NCBI GenBank assembly: GCA_963744995.1
Contig: CAVUWA010000010.1
Span: 32,001-96,000 of the forward strand
Length of the DNA stretch: 64,000 nt
Direction: 5' to 3'
Origin: Candidatus Eiseniibacteriota bacterium
GTDB lineage: Bacteria; Eisenbacteria; RBG-16-71-46
A program made the translations under genes and the position numbers. The notes beneath the pieces are model-generated. The model made no database searches. It saw only the letters and a program-made list of their open reading frames with translations, and had not been told where the DNA came from. Positions 9,831 to 19,541 of this stretch are shown here, one piece after another; the first letter of the stretch is position 1; every line of letters begins with the position of its first letter.

Positions 9831-10991
9831 GTGAAGGACGTGGCGATCATCGGCGTCGGCCATACCGCGTTCGGGCGGCGTCCCGACGCATCGGTGCAGG
9901 AGCTGGCGTTCGAGGCGTTCGCGGCCGCGCTCGCGGACGCGGGGCTCGAAAAGGCCGCGATCGACGCCTCGGTGATCGCGGCGGTGCCCGAGTACCACAT
10001 GCAGCGCTCGATCGCCGGCGTGGTCCAGGAGTACCTGGGTCTGCTGCCGAAGCCGACGTGGTTGACCGAGGTTGCGTGCGCCTCCGGCAGCGCGGCGATC
10101 CGCTCCGCCTGGCTGTCGATCCGCGCCGGCGTGCACGAAGTCGTCGCCGTGATCGGCTGCCAGAAGATGACCGAGCTTTCGACCGGCGAGGTCCTCTCCC
10201 TCATGGGCCGGGTCGGCGACGTGCAGTGGGAGTCCTGCTACGGCACCACCTTCCCCGCCTACTACGCGCTGTTCGCGCGCCGCCACATGCACGAGTTCGG
10301 CACCACCCGCGAGCAGATGCACGCCGTTGCCGTGAAGAATCACCACTACGGCGCGCTCAACCCGCACGCGATGTTCCGCAAGGAGATCACGCTCGAGAAG
10401 GCCGCGGGCGCCGACGGCGTCGCCGATCCGTTCACGGTCTACGACTGCTGCGCGAACGCCGACGGCGCCGCATGCGTGATCCTCGCCGCCGCGCCGCGCG
10501 TGCCCGCCGGGCGCCCCGCGGTGTGGCTCACCGGCATGGGCGCGGCGAGCGCCAGCATGTCGGTGCTGCGCCGCCCGCATCTGACCGGGCTGCCGAGCGC
10601 CGAGCGCGCGGCCGCCGAGGCCTACGCGATGGCCGGCATCGGCCCGCGCGACGTCCAGGTCGCCGACGTCCACGACTGCTTCACGATCGCCGAGATCATG
10701 GCCTACGAGGACCTCGGCTTCTGTGAGCGTGGCGCGGGCGGCACGCTGATCGAAGACCGCGGCACGTACATCGGCGGGCGTACCGCGGTGAACGTGGACG
10801 GCGGACTCAAGGCCAAGGGACACCCGATCGGCGCGACCGGCGTCTCGATGACGTACGAGATCACCCGGCAGCTCCGCGGCGAAGCCGGCCCGCGTCAGGT
10901 GCCGGACGCGCAGGTCGGCCTCACGCACAACGTCGGCGGCATCGGCCAGTACTGCTTCGTGCAGGTGCTGAGCCGCGAGCGGAGGAGCTAA
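9831..10991 (+). CDS. Thiolase (SCP-x/archaeal-type)
   Basis: ACASGSAA, VAVKNHHYGALNP, DGAACVIL, DVHDCFTIAE, NVDGGLKAKGHPIGATG, THNVGG. Confidence 0.9.
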   Translation: MKDVAIIGVGHTAFGRRPDASVQELAFEAFAAALADAGLEKAAIDASVIAAVPEYHMQRSIAGVVQEYLGLLPKPTWLTEVACASGSAAIRSAWLSIRAGVHEVVAVIGCQKMTELSTGEVLSLMGRVGDVQWESCYGTTFPAYYALFARRHMHEFGTTREQMHAVAVKNHHYGALNPHAMFRKEITLEKAAGADGVADPFTVYDCCANADGAACVILAAAPRVPAGRPAVWLTGMGAASASMSVLRRPHLTGLPSAERAAAEAYAMAGIGPRDVQVADVHDCFTIAEIMAYEDLGFCERGAGGTLIEDRGTYIGGRTAVNVDGGLKAKGHPIGATGVSMTYEITRQLRGEAGPRQVPDAQVGLTHNVGGIGQYCFVQVLSRERRS

Positions 10992-10994
10992 GAC

Positions 10995-11480
10995 GTGTTC
11001 AAGTGGTACGGACATCGGAGCCTGACGTCGGCGACGCGGATCGGTGCGTTCGCCGATCATCTGCGCGACGGCCGGATCATGGCGTCGCGCTGCACCGGCT
11101 GCGGCGCACAGGCGTTCCCGCCGCGCGCCGACTGCGACGCCTGCATGGGGCGAACGTTCGAGTTCGTCGAGATCTCGGGACGCGGCCGCGTGCATACGTT
11201 CACCACCATCGAGGCGCCGCCGAAAGGCTTCGAGGCCTGGGCGCCCTACCGCGTCGGCGTCGTCGACCTCGAGGAAGGCGGCCGCATCCTGGCGTGGTTC
11301 GGCGATGCGTTCGCCGCCGGCGACATCGCGATCGGCATGCCGGTGCAGCTCGTGCCGCGCGTGATCGAGGACACCGAGGACATTCATGTGATCTGCACGA
11401 TCGAGCCGCCGGGTGCGACATGGTCGAAACGACCCGCCGCAGCCGGCGTCGCCGCCATCGAGGAGGAGTCCACGCCATGA
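10995..11480 (+). CDS. DUF35 Zn-ribbon/OB-fold protein (thiolase partner)
   Basis: RCTGCG…FPPRADCDAC, SGRGRVHTFT, PYRVGVVDLEEG; directly follows the thiolase. Confidence 0.9.
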   Translation: MFKWYGHRSLTSATRIGAFADHLRDGRIMASRCTGCGAQAFPPRADCDACMGRTFEFVEISGRGRVHTFTTIEAPPKGFEAWAPYRVGVVDLEEGGRILAWFGDAFAAGDIAIGMPVQLVPRVIEDTEDIHVICTIEPPGATWSKRPAAAGVAAIEEESTP

Positions 11481-12262
11481 CGAACGTCACTCGTTCCGAC
11501 ACCGCCCCCGTGGCGACCGCCGTCGCCGACGGCATCGGGGTCCTCACCCTGCGGCATCCGCCGCTCAACATCCTGACCCGCGCCGTGCTGGACGCGCTGC
11601 ACGCCGCACTCGGCGATCTCGCCGCCGATCCCGCGCTGCGCGTGCTGCTGCTCGCCGCCGAGGGCCCGCACTTCTCCGCGGGGGCCGACGTCGCCGAGCA
11701 CCTGCCGCCGCACGAGCGGGTGCTGATCCCGCACTTCATGGCGACCATCCGCGCGCTCAACGAGTTCCCGCTGCCGGTGATCGCGGCGGTGCGCGGCCGC
11801 TGCCTGGGCGGCGGTTTCGAGCTCGCGCAGGCCGCCGACATCGTCGTCGCCGGCGCCTCGGCGCGTTTCGGCCAGCCGGAGATCGCGCTGGCCGTGACCG
11901 CGCCCGCCGCTTGCGCGCTGCTGCCCGCACGCTGCGGCCGCGGAGCCGCCGCCGCGCTGCTGTTCACGGGCGACCCGGTCGACGCCGAGGCCGCGCGCGG
12001 CACCGGCCTCGTCCACGCGGTGGTCGCCGACGAGACGCTCGAGGAGGAAGCCCGGAGCCTGGCCGGGCGCATCGCGCGCCACAGCCGCGTGGCCCTCGCG
12101 CTCACCAAGAAGAGCATGCGCGGGGCCGCCATGGCCGTCGAGGCCGAAGCGCTGCATCGCACCGAATCCATCTACCTCGGCGAGCTCATGAGCACGGACG
12201 ACGCGCTCGAGGGCCTTCAGGCGTTCGTCGAGAAGCGGAGGCCCGAATGGACGCACCGGTGA
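11477..12262 (+). CDS. dch: Cyclohexa-1,5-diene-1-carbonyl-CoA hydratase (crotonase family)
   Basis: PPLNIL, HFSAGADVAEH, VRGRCLGGGFEL, FGQPEI, YLGELMSTDDALEGL; ATGA overlap with DUF35; pathway context. Confidence 0.85.
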   Translation: MTNVTRSDTAPVATAVADGIGVLTLRHPPLNILTRAVLDALHAALGDLAADPALRVLLLAAEGPHFSAGADVAEHLPPHERVLIPHFMATIRALNEFPLPVIAAVRGRCLGGGFELAQAADIVVAGASARFGQPEIALAVTAPAACALLPARCGRGAAAALLFTGDPVDAEAARGTGLVHAVVADETLEEEARSLAGRIARHSRVALALTKKSMRGAAMAVEAEALHRTESIYLGELMSTDDALEGLQAFVEKRRPEWTHR

Positions 12263-13425
12263 ACGCACTCACCTTCCCCGAGTGGCGCGACGAGGACCTC
12301 GGCGGAATCCTCTACCAGTGTCGCGAACTGATGGAGGACGACCGCTTCCCGACCGTCGAGCGCTGGCGCGCCGCGGGCGGCCGCGTGCTCGGACACTTCC
12401 AGGTGTACTTCCCGGAGGAGATCGCCCACGCAGCCGGCATGCTGCCGTTCAAGCTGCGCGGCGCGCCGGTCGAACCGACGCAGGCGGATTCGCGCTTCGG
12501 CTCCTACCTGTGCTCGATCGTCAAGACCTCGCTCGAGATCGTGCTCACGCAGCGGGTGCGCGTGGATCTGTTCGTCACGCTCCCGATCTGCGACGCGGCC
12601 CGCAACCTGTCCGGAATCTGGGGACGCCACTTCGACTTCCCCTGCCAGATCCTCTACCTGCCGCAGAACGCCAACTCGGCGCACGCGGCCGAGTACCTCG
12701 CGGGCGAGTACCGGCGGCTGCAGAGCGTGATCGAGTCGGTCGCCGGCCGTCCGGTCACCGACGAGGCGCTGCGCCGCTCGATCGCCGTCTTCAACGAGAA
12801 CCGCGCCCTGCTGCGCGAGCTGTACCGGATCAAGCGCGAGGCGCCCTGGAAGGTGAGTGCCGAGGACGCGTACGTGCTGGTCGCCGTGGGCGGGATGATC
12901 CCGCGCGAGGAGCACAATGCCCTGCTCGCCCACGTGCTGCCGCTGATCGACGCGCGCGAGGTGAAGGCGCAGGACCGGATCCGCATCGTCTACGAGGGCG
13001 GCTTCTGCGAACAGCCGCCGCTCGACCTGATCCGCGCGATCGGCCGCTCCTGCTACATCGTGGACGACGATCTGATGATCGGCCTGCGCTGGATCCTGGA
13101 CGACGTGCCGGTCGACGGGGAGCCGCTCGTGCGCCTGGCGCAGGCGTACCTGCGCAACTCCTCGCACAGCCCGGTGCAGCACGACCTCGACAAGCCCAAG
13201 GAGACCATGCTGCTGCGCCGCATCCAGGCGGCCGACGCGCAGGCGGCGATCATCACCGCCGCGAAGATGTGCGAGCCGGGTCTCGAGGAGCAGGTGGCGT
13301 ACACGCACGCGCTCGACCGCGCCGGCGTGCCCTACTTCGTGAGCGAGTTCGAGGAGAACATGTCGAGCTTCGAACACCTGGAGATTCAATTGGAGACCTT
13401 CGTCGAGAATCTGCTCTTCGACTAG
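12247..13425 (+). CDS. bcrC: Benzoyl-CoA reductase subunit C (class I, 2-hydroxyacyl-CoA dehydratase family)
   Basis: VYFPEEIAHAAGMLP, ICDAARNLSGIW, SIAVFNENR, PWKV, FCEQPPLDLIRAI…CYIVDDD match recalled BcrC motifs. Start is ATG 12247 or GTG 12259. Confidence 0.85.
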   Translation: MDAPVNALTFPEWRDEDLGGILYQCRELMEDDRFPTVERWRAAGGRVLGHFQVYFPEEIAHAAGMLPFKLRGAPVEPTQADSRFGSYLCSIVKTSLEIVLTQRVRVDLFVTLPICDAARNLSGIWGRHFDFPCQILYLPQNANSAHAAEYLAGEYRRLQSVIESVAGRPVTDEALRRSIAVFNENRALLRELYRIKREAPWKVSAEDAYVLVAVGGMIPREEHNALLAHVLPLIDAREVKAQDRIRIVYEGGFCEQPPLDLIRAIGRSCYIVDDDLMIGLRWILDDVPVDGEPLVRLAQAYLRNSSHSPVQHDLDKPKETMLLRRIQAADAQAAIITAAKMCEPGLEEQVAYTHALDRAGVPYFVSEFEENMSSFEHLEIQLETFVENLLFD

Positions 13426-13451
13426 CCCCCGCCGGACCTGAGGAGATGGAA

Positions 13452-14753
13452 ATGGAACCCACTGCAGACCGCTCCAACATCGTCGGACGCGGCAATCGTG
13501 ACGGCGCGGCGCTGTTCCGCGGCTGGTTCGACGAGCTGGGGCGGGCGGCGGACGCGGAGCGCGGCGCGGCCTACGTGTTCGTGATGGGCAGCCTCGGCGA
13601 GCTGTTGCGCACCTTCGACATGCCGGTTGTGTTCCCGGAGATCAATTCGCTGCAGACGGCCGTGCGCCACGTCGCGCACGAGTACCTCGACGAGGCCGAG
13701 GACACCGGCTACTCGCCGGACATCTGCGGCTACGTCAAGGCCGACGTCGCCACGCAGATGCGCGGCGGCCTGCTGCCGATGGGCCGGATCCCGCGCCCCG
13801 CCCTCGCCCTGTGTACGAATGCGTGCAACACGTACATCAAATGGGGCGAGATCTGGGAGCGCATGTACGGCATGCCGATGGTCACGCTCGACATCCCGGG
13901 CTCGCGCGAGGCGTCGCACCATGCGCGGCCCGGCGATTCCGACTTCGAGAACGACCGCCGCTACGTCGCGGGCCAGATCCGCGAGCTGATCCCCCTGCTC
14001 GAGAAGCTCTCCGGCGTGCGGTTCGACGTCGATCGCCTGCGCGAGCACATGGGCTACGCGAACGCGATGAACCGCGACTGGAGCCGGGTGATCGAGCTGA
14101 ATCGCAGCCGTCCCGCGCCGTTCAACGCCCTCTCCGACGGCACGATCTACCTGGGCGTCGCGAACGCCCACCGCGGCACCGCCGAGGGCGCCGCCTACTT
14201 CCGCGATCTCGTCGAGGAAATGACGTTCAAGAGCGAGCAGGGCATCGGCACGATCACCGACGAGCAGTACCGCCTGATCTTCGTCGGCGTCCCGTGCTAC
14301 CCGATCTTCCGCCGGTTCTCCGAGCTGTTCACCGAACTCGGCGGCACGTTCGTCAACTCGACCTACCTGTGGTTCGCCTCGGGTGGATCCAATACCGGCT
14401 TCCAGGCCGATCTCGCCGATCCGATCGAGGGTCTCGCCGAGAGCCTGCTGGTGAGCGTACGCGACGCGATGGACAGCATGTTCTTCCAGACCCGGGCGCT
14501 GCTCGAGATGCGGCGCGAGTTCGGCGCGGACGGCATCGTGTTCCACCCCATCAAGAGCTGCCGCACGGTCTCGACCGGCCTCGCCGACAACCGGCGGGCG
14601 GTCATGGCGGCCGACGACGTGCCGTGCCTGTTCATCGAGTCGGACATGATGGATCGGCGCGTGGTGTCGGAGGCGCAGCTCAAGAACCGGATCGACGCAT
14701 TCTTCGAAGGCCTCACCGCCCGCCGCCGGCAGACGGCCGTCACGGGCACCTGA
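13452..14753 (+). CDS. bcrB: Benzoyl-CoA reductase subunit B
   Basis: [43 protein letters not shown]…[14 protein letters not shown]; about 433 aa. Confidence 0.85.
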   Translation: MEPTADRSNIVGRGNRDGAALFRGWFDELGRAADAERGAAYVFVMGSLGELLRTFDMPVVFPEINSLQTAVRHVAHEYLDEAEDTGYSPDICGYVKADVATQMRGGLLPMGRIPRPALALCTNACNTYIKWGEIWERMYGMPMVTLDIPGSREASHHARPGDSDFENDRRYVAGQIRELIPLLEKLSGVRFDVDRLREHMGYANAMNRDWSRVIELNRSRPAPFNALSDGTIYLGVANAHRGTAEGAAYFRDLVEEMTFKSEQGIGTITDEQYRLIFVGVPCYPIFRRFSELFTELGGTFVNSTYLWFASGGSNTGFQADLADPIEGLAESLLVSVRDAMDSMFFQTRALLEMRREFGADGIVFHPIKSCRTVSTGLADNRRAVMAADDVPCLFIESDMMDRRVVSEAQLKNRIDAFFEGLTARRRQTAVTGT

Positions 14754-14770
14754 CGCGGAGGAGACGACGT

Positions 14771-15583
14771 ATGGCGTATGCAGCGGGAGTGGATGTCGGC
14801 TCGACGCAGACCAAGGCCGTGGTGATCGACGAAGCCGGCCGCATCGTCAGTCGCGCGCTCACGGCGACCGGCGCCAACGTGATGCGCGCCGCCGAGTCGG
14901 CGTTCCAGACGGCGCTCGAATCCGGGCGTCTGCGCGAGGAGGAGATCGAATACGTGGTCGGCACCGGCTACGGCCGCTACAAGGTCACCTTCGGCAACAC
15001 GCAGGTCACCGAGATCAGCTGCCACGGCCGCGGCGCGGTGAAGATGTTCCCGGGCACGCGCACGGTCGTCGACATGGGCGGCCAGGACACCAAGGCGATC
15101 AAGGTCTCGGCACGCGGCGAGATCGTCGACTTCTGCATGAACGACAAGTGCGCCGCCGGCACGGGACGCTTCCTCGGCGCGGCCTCGGCGGCGCTCGAGA
15201 TTCCGCTCGACGAACTGGGGCCGACGGCGCTCACCGGCGAGCGGCCCGTCAAGATCAGCACGACGTGCACCGTGTTTGCCGAATCCGAGGTGCTGTCGTG
15301 GCTCGGCAAGGGCAAGAAGATCCAGGACATCCTGCTCGGCGTGCACCAGTCGATCGCGATGCGCTCGGCCGGCCTGCTCAGGCGGGTGGGGATTGAGGAC
15401 GAGGTCACCTTCACCGGTGGTGTGGCGCGCAATCCGGCGATGGTGGACGCGCTCGAGCGGCGGCTCGGCACGAAGCTCAACGTGAGCGAAGACTCGCACT
15501 TCATGGGTGCGCTCGGCGCGGCCCTGTTCGGACTCGACCACATCTTCGCGGGTCGCGCGCCGGCGCACGCGAAGCGGAGTTGA
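14771..15583 (+). CDS. bcrA: Benzoyl-CoA reductase ATPase subunit A-type (short form)
   Basis: ASKHA motifs [59 protein letters not shown]; position after bcrB. Confidence 0.75.
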   Translation: MAYAAGVDVGSTQTKAVVIDEAGRIVSRALTATGANVMRAAESAFQTALESGRLREEEIEYVVGTGYGRYKVTFGNTQVTEISCHGRGAVKMFPGTRTVVDMGGQDTKAIKVSARGEIVDFCMNDKCAAGTGRFLGAASAALEIPLDELGPTALTGERPVKISTTCTVFAESEVLSWLGKGKKIQDILLGVHQSIAMRSAGLLRRVGIEDEVTFTGGVARNPAMVDALERRLGTKLNVSEDSHFMGALGAALFGLDHIFAGRAPAHAKRS

Positions 15584-15585
15584 TC

Positions 15586-16410
15586 ATGGCATTCACTTGC
15601 GGCATCGACATCGGCTCGACGTACACCAAGGCGGTCGTGATCGGTTCGGGACTCGAAATCCGCGGGCGCGCCATGCGGCCGACCGGCTTCCGGCTCGCCG
15701 AGGCCGCGGCCGCGGCGCAGCGCGATGCGATCGAGCTCGCCGGAATCCGCCGCGAAGACGTGCGCTACGTCATCTCCACCGGATTCGGCCGCCACCAGAC
15801 GCCGATCGCCGACATGAAGGTCACCGACCTCACCGCCGCGGCGCGCGGCGCGGCGCGGCTGTTCCCCGGCACCCAGACGATCCTCGACGTCGGCGGCCAG
15901 ACCATGAAGGCCAGCCGCCTCGACGGCCGCGCGCACGTGAAGTCGTTCCGGCTGAACGACAAGTGCGCCGCGGGCACCGGGGCGTTCATCGAGAAGACCG
16001 CCCGCTACATGGGATTTTCGACCGACGAGATCGGGCCGCTGGTCTCGACCTCGAAGGAGCCCACGTCGATCTCCGGCGTATGCGCGGTGTTCGCCGAATC
16101 GGAGGTGATCAACCACCTGTCGCAGGGCGTCGCCCCGGCGGACATCATGCACGGCGCGATCGTGTCGCTGGTCGGACGCTCGCTGCAGCTCATGAAGCGC
16201 GTGAAGATGGAACCCGAGTTCACGCTGATCGGCGGCATTCTGCGCTTCGCGACCATGGCGCAGGTCATCCGCCGGGAGATCGGCGCGCGGGTCAACGTGC
16301 CGCCCGGCGATCTGGTGCAGTTCGTGCCGGCATTCGGTGCCGCGGTGCTCGGTCAGCGCCGGCTCGAGATGCTCGCGGCCGGCGGGCACGGCGCGCGTGC
16401 GACCGCCTGA
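15586..16410 (+). CDS. bcrD: Benzoyl-CoA reductase ATPase subunit D-type
   Basis: [49 protein letters not shown]. Confidence 0.75.
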   Translation: MAFTCGIDIGSTYTKAVVIGSGLEIRGRAMRPTGFRLAEAAAAAQRDAIELAGIRREDVRYVISTGFGRHQTPIADMKVTDLTAAARGAARLFPGTQTILDVGGQTMKASRLDGRAHVKSFRLNDKCAAGTGAFIEKTARYMGFSTDEIGPLVSTSKEPTSISGVCAVFAESEVINHLSQGVAPADIMHGAIVSLVGRSLQLMKRVKMEPEFTLIGGILRFATMAQVIRREIGARVNVPPGDLVQFVPAFGAAVLGQRRLEMLAAGGHGARATA

Positions 16411-16708
16411 CGAAGGCGGGCCCGGCGATGCGGGCAGCGCCGCCGGGCGGCTCGCCGCGGAGGAGCGGCGCCGCCGCGTCTGGGAGGCGCAGATCCGCCC
16501 CGATCCGGCGCGCCTCGCCGCCGGCTGGGAGCGCCGCTTCCTCGCCGACCCCGTGCGCGCGCGTGAAGCCGCCGAGCTCTACGAGCACATGGGCTTCGAA
16601 GTGGCGCTCGACCCGGTGCGTCCCGAAGACCTCGAGCCCGGCTGCGCCGACTGTGCGCTGGTGAGCGCGGCCGGCTTCCGCATGGTCTACACGCGCCGCC
16701 GCGGCTGA
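16397..16708 (+). CDS. Small hypothetical protein with CxxC motif
   Basis: …GWERRFLADPVRAREAAELYEHMGFEV…CADC…FRMVYTRR; overlaps the bcrD stop; high-GC3 codon pattern. Confidence 0.7.
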   Translation: MRPPDEGGPGDAGSAAGRLAAEERRRRVWEAQIRPDPARLAAGWERRFLADPVRAREAAELYEHMGFEVALDPVRPEDLEPGCADCALVSAAGFRMVYTRRRG

Positions 16709-16906
16709 CGGGCCGACCGCCGGCCTGACGGGATTGCAGCCGCGGTCGCGGGGCGCTGGGACGCAGCGGCCGGCCAACCTGCTGTCGCGGGAGCCCTTGC
16801 CAGGGACGGGCCGCTGCCCGGCGCATGGCCCGAACGATGCAGCAGGTGACGCGCCGGGCCCCCGTGCCGGGCGGCGCGGGGAGCCGGCCCTCGGAAGGAG
16901 GATCCC

Positions 16907-17857
16907 ATGCGCGGATCGTTCGCGCCCGCCCTCGATGTGCCGTCGCGGCGCGCCGATCTCACCGCCGGCCTGGGCCGCCTCGCCGACCCGAAGATCTCGC
17001 TGGCGTCGTTCGCCGCGATGCTGCTCGGCACGGCGCTCGCCTCGGCCGCGGGCCCCGTGCACGGCGGCTGGCTGCTCGTGACGCTGCTCGCGGTGTTCGC
17101 CGTGGAGGTCGCCAAGAACGCCTCCGGCGAGGTGTTCGACTTCGACTCGGGCGCGGATCTCGCCGTGCGGCCCGAGGACCGCAGTCCATTCTCGGGCGGC
17201 AAGCGCGTCCTGGTGGACAGGGTCCTGACGCGCGGCCAGACGATCGGCATCGCCGCCGCCGGCTACGCGGCAGCGATCGCGCTCGGCCTGCTGATCGCCG
17301 CGTTCCGCGAGCCCGCGGTGATCGGCCTCGGCGTGAGCGGCGTCGCACTCGCGTACTTCTACCACGCGCCGCCGTTTCGGCTCGCCTATCGCGGCTTCGG
17401 CGAAACCGCGGTGGCGCTCTGCTATGGCCCGCTGATCGTCGGCGGCACCTACCTCGTGCAGCGTGGCACCCTGCCGCTCGGAGTGCTCGCGATCGCGGCG
17501 CCGCTCGGGCTGCTGATCGCCGCGTTCCTGATCGCCAACGAGTTCCCCGACGTGGCCGCCGACCATGCCGCGGGCAAGCGCACGCTGGTGGTACGGCTCG
17601 GCCGGCGCCGGGCGGGCCGGCTGTTCGCCGAGTGCGTCGTGCTCGCGTTCGCGCTGCTGCTGATCCTGCCTGCCTTCGGCGTCACGCACTGGATCTGGCT
17701 CGGCCTCGTCGCGGCCGTGCCCGCGCACGCCGCGGCGCTGCGCCTGCTGGAGGGCCCGGTCGAGATCCGGCGGATCGTGCCGGCGCAGCGCATGGCGCTG
17801 CTCGCGTTCGTGCTGCTCGCGCTCGGCATGAGCGCCGGAGCGTGGCTCGCCGCGTGA
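16907..17857 (+). CDS. UbiA/MenA-family prenyltransferase
   Basis: Multi-TM protein with KNASGEVFDFDSGAD, PFSGG, YHAPPFRLAYRGFGE, NEFPDVAADHAAGKRTL; AGGAGG RBS. Confidence 0.85.
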   Translation: MRGSFAPALDVPSRRADLTAGLGRLADPKISLASFAAMLLGTALASAAGPVHGGWLLVTLLAVFAVEVAKNASGEVFDFDSGADLAVRPEDRSPFSGGKRVLVDRVLTRGQTIGIAAAGYAAAIALGLLIAAFREPAVIGLGVSGVALAYFYHAPPFRLAYRGFGETAVALCYGPLIVGGTYLVQRGTLPLGVLAIAAPLGLLIAAFLIANEFPDVAADHAAGKRTLVVRLGRRRAGRLFAECVVLAFALLLILPAFGVTHWIWLGLVAAVPAHAAALRLLEGPVEIRRIVPAQRMALLAFVLLALGMSAGAWLAA

Positions 17858-17902
17858 CGCGCGGCCGCGCGGCGCCGGCGGGTGCCGCGCCCGGCGCCGG
17901 GC

Positions 17903-18400
17903 TCAGGCCCGGGCCGGAGCCTCGGCGAGCAGGGCTTCGAGATCCAGCGGCTCGGTGACCATGGCGACTTGGCCCCGCGGATCGCGGGGCCACTCCGACT
18001 CCGGGCGGTCGCGGTAGAGCTCGAGCCCGTTGCCGTCCGGATCCCGCAGGTAGAGCGCTTCGCTCACGCCGTGGTCCGCCGCACCGTCCAGGCGGACGCC
18101 CGCGGCCGCGAGGCGCCGCAGCGCGTCGGCCAGTGCCGCGCGGTTCGGATACAGGATCGCCACGTGGTAGAGCCCCGTCGTACCGCGCGGCGGCGGCGCT
18201 CCGCCGCGGCTCTCCCAGGTGTTGAGCCCGATGTGGTGGTGGTAGCTGCCGGCGGCGACGAACGCCGCGCCGTTTCCCATGCGGCCGGTCAGCCGGAAGC
18301 CGAGCACGCCGCAATAGAAGTCGAGCGCGCGGTCGAGTTCGGCCACCTTGAGGTGGACGTGACCGATGCGCGTGGCGGGATCGATGGGCCGTTCGGTCAT
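17903..18400 (-). CDS. VOC/glyoxalase family protein (single-domain CatE-like)
   Basis: IGHVHLKV, YHHHIGLNTW, GLYHVAILYP, DHGVSEALYLRDPDGNGLELYRD. Confidence 0.9.
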   Translation of the reverse strand: MTERPIDPATRIGHVHLKVAELDRALDFYCGVLGFRLTGRMGNGAAFVAAGSYHHHIGLNTWESRGGAPPPRGTTGLYHVAILYPNRAALADALRRLAAAGVRLDGAADHGVSEALYLRDPDGNGLELYRDRPESEWPRDPRGQVAMVTEPLDLEALLAEAPARA

Positions 18401-18446
18401 GGCGTTCCTCCGCGCGCACCCATCGCCCGCCGGCCGGTCACGCGGC

Positions 18447-19349
18447 TCAGGCCGCGGACTGCTCCTCGCCCGGCGTCGTGTCCGCCTCCGCAACGGGAAG
18501 CAGGCGGGCGAGCCGCTCCGGCGTGCCCAGATCGGTCCAGCCGCACGCGGGCACGGCCATGACGCGCAGGCGCGCGGACGACAGCTGCAGCACCTCGCGG
18601 CTGAAGTCGTGCGCTTCGATGGCGCGGTAGAGCGCGGCCAGCGCGGCGGCGGAACCGCCGGCGAGGACGTTGTGCATGGCCGCGAGCAACCGCGGCATGC
18701 GCTCCTCGTAGGTGTCGAGCAGGGTCCTTGCGAATGTGGTGAACATGAAGCTGTTCCACAGGGCGCCCCGTGCCATGAGGCGGATCGCCTCCAGCTCGAC
18801 GGGTTTTTCTACGAAGGCCGCGACCGGATGCGTCGCCGATTCGTCGGACGCGTCGGGCAGCACCCAGCCGTACTCGCTGTCGGGGGATGTGGGCGTGATG
18901 CCGAGCAGGATGATCGAGTGCGGATGGCGGCTGAGGGCGCGCTTCGACTCGTTCACCGAACGGTGCAGGGTCGCTTCGTCCTCGACGTGATGGTCGGACG
19001 GCAAGACCACGACCGTGGCGTGCGGGTCGCGCTGGTGGATACGCAGCAGCGGCAGCAGGATCCCCGCGGCGGTGCCGCGGTTCTCCGCCTGAACGACGAG
19101 GTTCTCGGCCGGCAGCGCGTCGAGTTCCCGCTCCCACCATTCGCGGTGCCGCTCGGCGACGACCGCCATGACGCGGTCGTGCGGGGCGAGCTGCAGCGCG
19201 CGATCCAGCGTCCGTCCGAGCAGCGAGCGCCCGGTTCCGAAATCGCAGTACTGCTTGGGAACGGCACGCCCCGCGGCATCACGCGTGATTCCCTGCAGAC
19301 GCCGACCGTCACCGCCCGCGAGCAACAACACCCATGTGTCCACGTCCAT
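18447..19349 (-). CDS. Sugar-phosphate nucleotidyltransferase (mannose-1-phosphate guanylyltransferase-like)
   Basis: LLAGGDGRRL, PKQYC, NRGTA, LPSDH, YGW, FVEKP, WNSF, DFS, GWTDLG. Confidence 0.85.
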   Translation of the reverse strand: MDVDTWVLLLAGGDGRRLQGITRDAAGRAVPKQYCDFGTGRSLLGRTLDRALQLAPHDRVMAVVAERHREWWERELDALPAENLVVQAENRGTAAGILLPLLRIHQRDPHATVVVLPSDHHVEDEATLHRSVNESKRALSRHPHSIILLGITPTSPDSEYGWVLPDASDESATHPVAAFVEKPVELEAIRLMARGALWNSFMFTTFARTLLDTYEERMPRLLAAMHNVLAGGSAAALAALYRAIEAHDFSREVLQLSSARLRVMAVPACGWTDLGTPERLARLLPVAEADTTPGEEQSAA

Positions 19350-19541
19350 CCCCCTCGTCATCGGCCGATCCAGGCGCGCGGTTCACCGGGACCGCGCCCG
19401 AGCGCGCCGGGGCGGCCGCGACCTGCGACCGCGTTCCGCCATGGGCAGCGGGGCTCGCTCTTCACACCCAAGATAGGCGCCTCGGGCATGGCGTGCTGCA
19501 AAGTGTGTGTCACGCCTGCGGGGTGTGCCGCGGCGGGGCGA

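Noticed and set aside
6590..16389. Long minus-strand and alternate-frame ORFs across the bcr operon
   Set aside because: Arg/Ala/Gly-rich shadow ORFs typical of very high GC DNA, overlapping well-supported genes.
17903..18400. Catechol 2,3-dioxygenase as part of the aromatic pathway
   Set aside because: A single-domain VOC protein on the opposite strand; this family is widespread and cannot be tied to the anaerobic operon from sequence alone.
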